This document shows, piece after piece, positions 53,201 to 64,000 of a stretch of 64,000 bases of DNA. How positions within the stretch are numbered: the stretch's first letter is position 1; each line of letters starts with the position of its first letter. The notes beneath the pieces were generated by a model, which saw nothing but the letters and a program-made list of their open reading frames with translations, made no database searches and was not told where the DNA came from. Made by a program: the position numbers and the translations under genes. The DNA comes from Azolla caroliniana. Taxonomy: Eukaryota; Plantae; Polypodiophyta. The stretch covers positions 16,058,001 through 16,122,000 of the forward strand of contig JBHGNT010000018.1 of NCBI GenBank assembly GCA_043228905.1, read 5' to 3'.

Positions 53201-53470
53201 ACGCCCATACATAAAGGGTCTCTCTTTATCAAGTTGACCGACCCCCTTCTTTTTGGCGGTATACAACACAACCTTCTTTTTCGAGTCGACATACTGCATG
53301 CACCACTCGTTGTCCGTCAAATCACGGTCAGGAAGGTCCTCCCCACCAGTTGTTGCAACCATCTTCTTTTGACTAACTTCATCAAACGGTTGTTCCTTAT
53401 TATCCTCGTGGAAAAGAAATCTCTTTCCCTTTTTCATGTTATGTACAACTGGTTGTTTCGGGTTCTCCAC
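50290..53470 (-). pseudogene. Decayed intron-containing gene: ParB/Srx-like domain plus beta-class N6A/N4C DNA methyltransferase
   Basis: Manual minus-strand translation gives YFVIGGSHSAEARREL..GLTTEETKLLAWDHN (ParB-like), VICGDVIEMIQKVPNKDYTLLIADIPYG (catalytic motif IV, 51327-51338), NPYQKPQRLMMRLIKMFLIEGDWILDLFSSTG (SAM-binding motif I, ~50754-50848) and LKLFRNTVALEKDE. Introns at 51048-51133 and ~50664-50753. Confidence 0.75.
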
Positions 53471-53948
53471 CGGTGACCCTTGATATTTTAGCTTAATTTT
53501 CTTAATAGGACGGTTCGAGAGGTTCTCAAAGACCTATTTAAGAGAGGAAGTGGGAAAATATATGTCAATTTAAGATAACTAGACAATTACTAATACTAGC
53601 TAGCGTTTTGTTTCATTCGCTTCATTGAAAGGTTTTGCTTGAGGTGGAATTAATGGACCTCAATTGTATATTTAAATGTCTCTTCGACTATTCTCCGATA
53701 AAATTAGGTTTTTTGAGAATTTTTCTAGGTCTAGCGAACGTAGCTTATCTTAAATTTACAAAGATATGGTTATTTTTTATGTAATAAGTCTTAATTATTG
53801 GGTATTTACATGTATTTTGTGGGACTTCATGTCATATTCCCTAATTGTTTAATGGTCCTAATTGTTTCAAAATTCAGCTAATTCTATTAAAATGTCTCTA
53901 GTTGCCATATAAAATCGTTTTTGGATGTTGTTGGAAATTTTCAACGAG

Positions 53949-54193
53949 TTGGTGTTCAAAAGGTCTATTGTAAAGGCCAACTCGATACGCCGTATCGAGT
54001 TTGTGTTTACAATAGACCTTTTCAACACCAACGAGTTGGCTATTAAAACCTATACTTTAAATGCAAACTCGATGCGCCGTATTGAGTTTGTATCTATTCT
54101 TGTATTGAGGTTTAGTTCACACAAGGACTTTAAACGTCAACTCGATACGTCGTATCGAGTTTGTAGCTTTTAAACACAAACTTGATATGGCGT
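53949..54193. repeat. Array of 23-bp palindromes AACTCGATACG-N-CGTATCGAGTT
   Basis: Copies at 53979-54001, 54066-54088 and 54139-54161, plus a partial copy at 54179-54193. The first copy is the centre of a larger inverted repeat (53949-54031). Confidence 0.9.
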
Positions 54194-56187
54194 TGTCGTG
54201 ATGTACTTTGTACACTATGTAAAATATGTGTGGAGTACCCGATTGACTAAGTATAAAGAAATAGGAAAAATACTACAATAATTATGTTACATGCATAGGG
54301 CAGGATTTGAACCCTGTACCTCCATGTTAACTATTTTAAGCCTTACCACTGTACTAGCATATTATGAGTTTTAAAGTTATACTAAATTTTATCCCATGTA
54401 AATATTCTAGATATGCATGACAGAAAAAGTTATTCATGCATACACACTCGAGTTAAAAGAAAAGATGTGATAGAAACCTAATCATGCAAATGTAATGTGC
54501 ATGAAAACTAAAGTTAAAAAAAGCATGATGCTTGCATGTGATAAACTTAGACTCTTCCATCGCTATATAAGGAAGAGAGAAAGATGTATAGGGGTTGTTG
54601 ATTTTTATAAGGATTGGTTAATATAAAATATTCGTGGGATTCACGATTTTGGCCATCTATTTCTCTCTTACAATCTAAGTATCAATTAATACATTATACT
54701 CGTGGGATTCACGAGTTTTCTATCTCTCTTTCTTAAATTCTATTCATAACTATACTTGTCTCAAATTCTTCCTCCACGACCAAAACCCCAACGGTTCCCA
54801 CCCGATTCACGCAACGATCCGGTGCCAAAAGGCACGACACAAGTGGTGAACTTGATGTGAAAATGGGTGGCAAGGAGATGGAAAATCAACAAGAGGCTAA
54901 CAACATGATGGCGATGTTTGAGTGGATGCTACAAGAACAACGCGCGATGTCGTAGCGGCAGTAGAGCGGCTCGTGCAACGGAACGAACAATTCAATGGGA
55001 AGGATGTGTCGCGATATTTACGGGATTACAAGGCGGAAATGCTATGGTGTGGAATATCAGAAGGATTGCAGGTTACATCCTTCAATCGGGTGGCTACGGA
55101 CAGGCTTCAAGGGAGTATCCACGGGATACGACAACAAAATACGACGTGGGAAGCATTTGAAGAAGCGCTAAAGACCACATTCACCATCGAGGACTCCTCC
55201 AAGGCAACGCGGAGGGGATTGGAAGATTGGGTGGAAACGCCAAACAAGGGGCTGAAGGTCCTCGATGTGTTTTTGGCATTCGAAAGTTGGTTCAGGAGGT
55301 TGTCCACGAGAGATCAAGCTATCCTCGCACCAGACAAAGAGATCATGTTCTTATGAGCCGTGGATGTCCGGGACTGGAAAGATCTTGGAATGCTTCTAAA
55401 GGACACCACTATTGAGATTGGCCTCACCAATACATGGGAAAATGTGCGGGATATCATTGCGCGATACACAAAGAGGGGGCAATGGCTTGGTAGAGAAGAA
55501 AAGAGGGTTTCGGAACCAATTCCGAAACCAAGATCCGGATTGGAAGATCATCAATCGTGGGCTCGGGAGACTAAGACCGAGAAGGGTATCAATGCAACCA
55601 TGGTGGAGCAGTTGCTGAAGGAGATGGAGAATCTGAAAATCGCGATGGTGAAGAAGTCGGATGACCGTCCCACAAGTTCCAAGTATATGGACCGTCGATG
55701 CATATGGTGCGATAGCACCGAACATGATTGGAGGAATTGCAACGAGCACAAGGAGGTGCTACGACGGGACCTTATCTACTACGAGGGAAATCAAATTCAT
55801 TTGATGGACTCTCGAAAGCCACTCCGACTGAACTTCTGGAAAGGCGGCATGAAGAAGGTCCTAGAGGAGGAAATAGTGGCGAAAAGCAATTATGCAACAA
55901 CCGTGGGGATATGTGTGGGTGAGTCATCTGGAGCAAAGGTTTCCTTTTGGCCGGAAGTGCTAGAAAACCCCGAGAAAACTTACTCTAATGAGATCCAAAG
56001 CACTGCGGAAGGCATCCGAGAAGCTACGGGATGGGAGTGCCCTGTCGATAAGAATAGCGTGTACGCCCTATGCCAATTACATGAGGTGTATATAGATGAG
56101 AAACGACGGCGCATGGACCATCAAAGATGCCGAAGAGCTGGAACTCCGAATGGAAGGGGAAAGGAAAAACAATTCCGACATTCAAAC
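54194..56187 (+). mobile_element. Gypsy-like element 5' part: LTR 54194-54839 and decayed gag (~54863-56187), interrupted by a copia
   Basis: LTR ends TGTCGTG...CACGACA and PBS-like TGGTGAACTTGATGTG. Gag QFNGKDVSRYLRDYKAEM with zinc knuckle CIWCDSTEHDWRNC. Confidence 0.75.
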
Positions 56188-57403
56188 TGTTGAGATACAA
56201 GCTCAACATTGGCCGGATCGGTTGTGCAAGCCGAGAACCGGATCGGTTGGGACCGATCGGTTAGGCCGGACCGGTGTGTAAAACGGATGCGTAAACCAGT
56301 ACGCAAACCGGTGCGTAACGAGAGGCCGTATCGGTGTGTAAACCGAAAGGCCGTTAGAGAGATATTCCTCGTAAGGAATAATTTTGGGAGTGAGTGTCGC
56401 GGCTCATTTATGAGCAGTCAAGTACTGTCAGTACTTGTGTCAACCCGATTATCAGGGCTTGTATAAAAAGTGCTCACTGAGCACGGTGTATGTATAGACT
56501 AAGTAGTATTTTTGAATTAAGTTTCTATGTACTTTCTCTCTGTCTCTCCCGTGTATTGTTAAGCTCTCCATTAAACCTGGTCTCTGTTTTTCTGTTTTCC
56601 ATTGCTTCCGCACGTTATTTGTTTCTACATGGTATCAAAGCATGAGGGTTGAGAACCTCTGCAACCGACATTTGCTTTTGCAAGAAGAAAACCTAACCTT
56701 TGTAAAGAACAAAAAAAAAACAAATGGATAGAGGAATGGCTAGCTCGCTCCCGGTGGAGAAGCTCGACAGATCCAACTACGCATCTTGGTCATACAAGAT
56801 GCACCAGTACCTGCTTGGGCATGGTTACTAGAGCTATGTCAACGGAGCTAACGCCACAACACCTGATGCGGCACACAAGGACTTCCTGGTGTGGCAACAA
56901 TCGGCAAGCAGAGTGATGTACTGCTTTGCGTCTAGTGTCGGAGACCAACTGCTGAGCCATGTCCGAGATGCCAAGACGCCGAAAAAGGATTAGGGAAACC
57001 TGAAGAAGGTGTTCGCCGCAACCACTATAGCCCAGAAGCTGTAACTCTGACAGGAGTTTGAGCAATGTCCGACAGAAGGACATGTCGGTGGCTGATTACA
57101 CAACCCGAATCAAAGAGATCTTTGACTCGCTTGCCTCTATCAACGTCATTGTAGAGGAAGACGAGATGGTACAGGTCTATCTTGGGGGCCTGGCATCTAA
57201 GTTCCGAGATTTCCGGACAACAATATGTACGAGGGAGAATACGCCGTCATTTTTCGACTTAGAGTCAATGCTCCTTGTAGAGGAGAACCATGCCGGTGCA
57301 TCAACAAGTGCACCCACTGACAACCGGATGCTGTACACGGAGGCGGATCGGCCCCGCGGGCGTGATGGACGAGGTGGGTCGGCATGCAATGGAGGCTGCT
57401 GGC

Positions 57404-60400
57404 TGTTGGGAGACAGGTCCCTCCGGATGGGAAGGGAGAAGAACAGTGCCTATGAACAAACCGTATGAGGTGAACCCGGCTACGGAGAGCCGGATGATGC
57501 AGACCCGGTGAAGACCGGATGAGGAGTACCCGGCTACGGAGAGCCGGATGATGCAGACCCGGTGAAGACCGGATGAGGAGTACCCGGCTACGGAGGGCCG
57601 GATGGTGCAGACCCGGTATGAACCGGATGAGGAGTACCCGGCTACGGAGAACCGGATGAAGGGACATATTCGTAAATATTTTTTCTGATAGTCTATCGAG
57701 GCTATATTTGTAAATAGCCGAAAAGTCATATTAGTATAAATATGACTTAGGGCAAACTAGTAAAAGAAGGTTGTTGTCATTTTCTAGTTGGTGCAAGAAG
57801 AAGAGAGAGTACGTAACGTTGTACAGAGAGAGAGAGAGAGAAAGAGGTCGTTGCCTCTGTTGTAACCGCCGTTTGTGGCGAAGATCGTGAGTCCAAGGTC
57901 GTTGCCTCCGTGAACTCACGGTTTTGTACATTCTTACATAGTGACAGTTTGCAGCCTGTGGGCTGCCGTGATTTTTCCCCTAGTTTGGGGTTTTCCACGT
58001 AAACCTCATGTGTATCTTCCTCTTCTTTGTGTCATGTTCTATTTCCCATTTTTCTGTGTATCATTCTAAGCTCGGTTGTGGCCGAGCGTTGCGCATAAGG
58101 AACGACCAGTTCCCGACAAGTGGTATCAGAGCAAGACGACACAGAAAATGGACGAATCGTTTGGCGGCATGTTTAAGCTCACCGGCTCCAACTATTTAGT
58201 GTGGAAGTCGAAGATGAGGGACATGCTCGTGGTTAAAGACCTCTGGCTGCCGGTTCAGTTCGGGGACAAGAGACCGGACAAAATCGACGCCGCGATATGG
58301 GAGGTGATGCACATGAAGACAACGGCGTACATACGGTGCTTCATCGACATGAGCCTGTACAACAACTTCAATGAAGAGAGCAAGGCTCATGAGCTCTGGG
58401 AGAAGATCGACATAATGTTTCAAAACAACAATGCTGTTAATCAGGTTTCGGTATTCTGGAAGCTTGTAAGACTCCGGTACCAAGATGGCTCCAGCATGGC
58501 GGAGCATATGAATGCCTTCCAGGGGCTGATACACCAGGCAACGTCATTGGAAGTACCTCTTGCCGATGAGGTACTAGCGCTACTCCTGCTCGGTTCCCTC
58601 CCGGATAGCTGGGAGACGTTGGTTGTCACTTTGGGCAACGCCGGGCCAGAAGGAAAGCGGTTATCCCTAGCAAGAGTAAAGTCGAGCTTGCTAGATGAGG
58701 AGGCGCGTCGGAAAGACAAAGATACGAGCTCCGACTCCAAAGCGCTTCTTACCGAATCGGAACGCGGAAGACATAGAAACCGTAGTCCCCAGAACCGGGA
58801 GAAGTCGGGGACACGGTCAAAGTCAAGGGGAAGGCCTACTTGCTTCTATTGCGGCAAGCCGGGACACTTCCAAAAGAACTGTCGGCATTTCCGTAAAGAC
58901 AAGGAAACCGACGGTACCGATTCGAACCAAACCCCGGACTGGAACGGTAAAGACCGGAGGGGGCCGGACCGGAAGGGAACGACGGCAATCGCGGCAAGTG
59001 AAGAAGAGTTGATGGTCATCACCGAGGAGAGTGAGATAAACCTTGCTGGCGACGAGATGACCTGGGTGGTAGACTCCGGAGCGTTGTTCCACCTTACCCC
59101 GGACCGGAAATGCTTCTCATCCTATTCAGCCGGTGATCACGACTGTGTCCGGATGGGGAATGAAGGAACATGCCGAATTGTCGGCATAGGAGACGTGTGG
59201 CTGACAACACCAACCGGATGCAAGTTGCTGCTGAAGGATGTCCGACACGTTCCGGAAGTTCGTCTGAACCTGATATCACCCAGTCGGCTAGATGATGAGG
59301 GCTACACGGGTAGCATCCGGAATGGTGTCATGAAGTTCAGCAAAGGGAGCTTGATTGTGGCCCGGGCCCGGAAGGTCAACACACTATACCTGATGAATGC
59401 CCGGTTATACCCGGAAGAACTGAACGTGGCATCCAACACTGCCGGTGAGCTGTGGCACAAGAGGCTGTGTCATATGAGCGAGAAGGGGATGAAGAGGCTT
59501 GCAGACGACAACCTAATTCCAGTGAAGAACGTGCACTTAGAGAAGTGCACTGATTGTCTGACCGGTAAGCAGAACCGGACCTCCTTCCGACCAAGGCCAC
59601 CGATGAGACGTAATGCACCACTGGAGTTGGTGCATACGGATGTGTGTCAAGTAGACACGAAGTCACATGCCGGAGCGCAGTACTTCGTGGCGTTCATAGA
59701 TGACCACAGCCGGAAGCTGTGGGCCACACCGTTGAAGACAAAGGATCAGGTGTTATCCGTCTTCAAAGAGCTCCACGCGAGAGTGGAAAGAGAAACCGGC
59801 TGAAAGCTAAAGGCGGTTTGAGCAGACAACGGAGGAGAATACCGGGGGCAGTTCGAGGAGCACTGCCGCTCGAAGGGTATCCGGCTTGAATTTACCATGC
59901 CGAAGATGCTAGAACTAAACGGACTGGCCGAGAGGATGAACCAGACCATAATGGAGAGGGTCCGGAGTATGCTAGCGCATGCAAAACTACCCAAGAAGTT
60001 TTGGGCTGAGGCACTGTCAACGGCGACATACGTGATAAACAGATCTCCCTCAGTACCCTTGGACGGAGACACGCCACAGAGAGTGTGGACCGGTAAGGAC
60101 GTGTCCTACCGGCATCTGAAGGTGTTCGGGTGTCTCACGTACGTGCATGTAGCAAAGGACCGGAGAGGAAAGTTAGATCCAAAGACCCGGCCATGCATAT
60201 TCCTCGGTTACGGTAATGATGAGTTCGGCTACCGAGTGTGGGACCTGGTCGACCAGAAGGTATTCCGGAGTCGAGATATTATCTTCATGGAGAACAAGAC
60301 GCTCGCCGACTGGGAGTCGGAGAAGAATATAATGAACTCCGAGTCGACCGGTAAGGATAGACTCTACGATGAGCAGACCCAACCGGCGAGAGACCGGTTA

Positions 60401-62839
60401 GCACTCGAAGAACCAACCGGATACGGTGAGGATACTGAACCGACAGAAGAAGAAGTAGAGGAAGCTGAGACCGGAACCGGCCAAGACCCCGAATCGGATT
60501 CGGATGAAGAGCAAATGGAGGAGCCGGCTACCGAAGCCCAAAGACGGAGATATCCTCTCAGAGAGAGAAGGGCCCCCCGGAGATTTCTGGATGCAGAGCA
60601 TGTTCTGCTGACCGATGAGGGGGAGCCGGAAAGCTTCAAAGAAGCGAAGGATGACACCCACAACCGAAAATGGTTAAGTGCCATGCAGGACAAGATGGAT
60701 TCCCTGCATGAGAACCATATGTACAAATTGGTGGAGTTGCCGAAAGGAAAGAGGGTACTCCGAAACAAGTGGGTGTACAAGTTGAAACCGGGAGATGCCG
60801 GAAACCCCCCGACGGGGTTCCAGCAGAAGAAGGGCGTGGACTTCAACGAGATATTTGCCCCGGTAGTAAAGATGACCTCCATCCGGACGGTGCTGAGTAT
60901 AGCGGCAAGCATGGACCTTGAGGTAGAGCAGCTGGACGCGAAGACGACATTCCTTCACGGCGACCTCGAAGAGGAGATCTACATGCAGCAACCGGAAGGA
61001 TTCGTGGAGAAAGGGAAGGAGCACCTGGTATGCTGGTTGAAGAAGAGCCTGTACGGACTGAAGCAGGCTCCCCGACAATGATACCAGAAGTTCGACTCCT
61101 TCATGACCGATCAAGGGTACCACAAGACGTAGGCCGATCACTGTGTGTTTGTGAAGAAGTTCGAAGGAGGCGACTTCCTGATACTCCTTCTGTACATGGA
61201 TGACATGTTGATCGTCGGATGTGACCAAGTCAAAATACGGATGCTGAAGAAGGCTCTCAACCGGACCTTCTCAATGAAAGACTTGGGTCCGGCAAGACAG
61301 ATGCTGGGGATGCACATCATTCGGGACCGGTCAGCGAAGCAATTATGGCTGTCACAGGAGAAGTACGTGACAAAGGTGCTTCACCGGTTCAACATGTCAG
61401 AAGCGAAACCGGTCGGATCGACACTTCCGGCAAATTGCAGGCTATCCGGCAAGCAAAGCCCGAAGACGAAAGCAGAGAAGGCGGATATGATGAAGATTCC
61501 ATATGCCTCTGCCGTCGGGAGCTTGATGTACGCAATGGTTTGTACTCGACCGGATATAGGATACGCAATCGGAGTGGTGAGCCGGTTCATGAGCAATCCC
61601 GGCAAGGAGCACTGGAACGCGGTCAAATGGATACTCCGGTATTTGAAGGGCACTTCAAATATGTGTCTCCGATTCGGCTCTGGAAAACCTCAACTGAACG
61701 GTTTCACCGATTCGAACATGTCGGCTGATGTGGATACCAGCCGGTCTACATCCGGGTATGTGATGACATATGCAAGGGGAGCTGTTTCGTGGCAGTCGAG
61801 GCTGCAGAAGACGGTTGCATTGTCAACCATAGAGGCGGAGTACATGGCGGCTGTGGAAGCCGGCAAGGAAATATTATGGATGAAGGACTTCATCGGAGAG
61901 CTCGGTATCCGACAAGATGAATACCGACTCTATTGCGACAGTCAAAGTGCCATCCACCTTGCTAAGAATGCGGCCTACCATTCCTGGACGAAGCATATCC
62001 AACGAAGGTATCACTGGATCCAGGAAAGAGTAGATGACCAGGAGTTCGCACTGACGAAGATCCACACGGCCGAGAACGGGTCAGATATGCTGACCAAAGT
62101 GCAGACACCCGACAAGCTGGACGCATGCCGGAAGAGGATCGGACTGGTAAGACACCCCATGCCGGAGTGAAGGGGGAGTTTGTTGGGAGATAGGTCCCTC
62201 CGGATGGGAAGGGAGAAGAACAATGCCTATGAACAAACTGTATGAGGTGAACCCGGCTACGGAGAGCCGGATGATGCAGACCCGGTGAAGACCGGATGAG
62301 GAGTACCCGGCTACGGAGGGCCAGATGATGCAGAACCGGTATGAACCGGATGAGGAGTACCCGGCTACGGAGAACCGGATGAAGAGACATATTCGTAAAT
62401 ATGTTTTCTGATAGTCTATCGAGGCTATATTTGTAAATAGCCGAAAAGTCATATTATTATAAATATGACTTAGGGCAAACTAGTAAAAGAAGGTTGTTGT
62501 CATTTTCTTGTTGGTGCAAGAAGAAGAGAGAGTACGTAACGTTGTACAGAGAGAGAGAGAGAAAGAGGTCGTTGCCTCTGTTGTAACCGCCGTTTGTGGC
62601 GAAGATCGTGAGTCCGAGGTCGTTGCCTCCATGAACTCACTGTTTTGTACATTCTTACATAGTGACAGTTTGCAGCCTGTGGGCTACCGTGATTTTTCCC
62701 CTAGTTTGGGGTTTTCCACGTAAACCTCATGTGTATCTTCCTCTTCTTTGTGTCGTGTTCTATTTCCCGTTTTTCTATGTATCATTCTAAGCTCGGTTGT
62801 GGCCGAGCGTTGTGGATAAGGAACGACCAGTTCCCGACA
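57404..62839 (+). mobile_element. Full-length but defective copia nested in the gag of the element above
   Basis: LTRs 57404-58118 and 62181-62839, TSD CTGGC, PBS 58121-58132, PPT before 62181. Confidence 0.95.
58148..62170 (+). pseudogene. Copia Gag-Pol with premature stops (e.g. 59801, 61079) and a small RT deletion (~60811)
   Basis: ORF pieces of 575, 394 and 341 aa are collinear with the intact polyprotein at 5656-9729. Confidence 0.92.
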
Positions 62840-64000
62840 CTGGCAAGGGCAAGACCGAAGGCACCAGAGTGATGCCGACAACAATTCCAGACCCTTCGGA
62901 AACAGGGGGAGTCGAGGCGACTAGAATCGGCAAGGGAAATCCGTCGCGGAATGCTAGTATTGTGGAAAAAAAGGCCATAGGGAGAGCGAGTGCTGGAAAA
63001 AGCGCGCCGATTCGGAGAGAACCGGGCTGGATCAGGTTTCGGACAGACCGATAAGGGTAATCAGCAACGATTGCACTACGCCGAAGGATCCAGAGAAGGG
63101 TCAGCCTTCGTGACAAGACACGAAGCGAACTCGATGAAGAAGTTCACCCCGAAATCGGACGAGGTGTGGTATGTTGACTCTGGCGCGTCAAACCACATGA
63201 CGTGCCACAAGGAGTGGTTCTCATACCTTGAGAAACCGACCCAACTGGGAGTAGTCGCAACCAGAGACGACACTCCACATCCGATTGTGAATGTTGGTGA
63301 AGTTCCCCTGAGCCATGTCGGGCAGAAAGGGAAACTCATGAACGTTTTACACGTCCCGACAATCACAGAGAACCTGGTGTCGGTCGGGCAGATCGTTGAC
63401 TAGGGGACGCAGGTTCAGTTTACGCATCTCGGGTGCTTCATCGAGGAAGAAGGCCGAGTTATTGCGCAAGGGCGCAGAGGCGGGAGGATGTTTATCCTCG
63501 ACTCTAGCAACGGTGGCACTGCAATGCTCGCGAAAGGACAAAAAGTCGAGTCGGATATCGACTTATGGCACAAGCGGATAGGCCACGTTAACTATCAACG
63601 ACTTCAGGACCTGCAATCGAAACAGGTGGTGTTCGGATTGCCCAAATTTAGTGGCCGGAAGGCACAAATTTGTGAAGCCTGCCAGCTAGGGAAGCAACAC
63701 AGACTTCCCTTCCCTAACGAGCGTAACCGGAGCCGGAACAAGCTTGACTTGATACATTCCGATGTATGGGGGCCGACACAGAATGTTAGTCTTGCGGGAG
63801 TCGATATTTTGTCTCTTTGATCGATGACTATACGCGGCACATGTGGATCTACCTCATTGAGAAGAAGAGTGAAGTCTTCGATTGTTTCTGCAACCTCAAA
63901 GGGTTCGTGGAAATAGAAACAGGAAGGAAGATCAAGTGAATGCGGTCGGATGGCGGAAAAGAGTATTTTTCCGGTTAGTTCAACGAGTATCTGCAACAGA

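Larger units (their letters stand above)
56188..64000 (+). mobile_element. Degenerate copia (second family): LTR 56188-56629, PBS 56630-56641, gag from 56724, resumes at 62840 (zinc knuckle, protease, integrase), runs off the window
   Basis: KLDRSNYASWSYKMHQYLLGHGY, WYVDSGASNHMT, LWHKRIGHVN..CEACQLGKQHRLPF and LIHSDVWGP. Confidence 0.88.

Noticed and set aside
17616-53470. Functional link between MTB and the ParB-MTase pseudogene
   Set aside because: They are ~27 kb apart, separated by TEs and another gene. Nothing beyond distant fold kinship connects them.
50290-53470. Bacterial contamination as the source of the MTase
   Set aside because: The gene has spliceosomal-type introns and stop-codon decay, and is contiguous with plant retroelements.

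Overview
Eukaryotic land-plant DNA, probably a bryophyte (inferred from the retroelement types; the species cannot be determined). It is dominated by nested transposons. There are two intact host genes: a 6-exon METTL14/MTB m6A-writer subunit (17616-23340, +) and an intronless GNS1/SUR4 (HOS3-like) elongase-family gene (41552-42538, -). Around them lie one intact, very young Ty1/copia element (4857-10509), several decayed or nested copia and gypsy elements with recoverable TSDs, two L1-type LINEs, an older RTE-like LINE and a TA-flanked TIR element. Three observations stand out. (1) A decayed, intron-containing minus-strand gene at ~50290-53470, split across small ORFs, encodes a ParB/Srx-like domain followed by a prokaryotic-type beta-class amino (N6A/N4C) DNA methyltransferase, with an array of 23-bp palindromes upstream. 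(2) A non-autonomous LTR element (4033-12540, TSD GAGGT) carries captured F-box and HSP70 gene fragments instead of gag-pol. (3) The intact copia appears to have a swapped Gag capsid module. All motif calls and alignments were made by eye, with no database searches.
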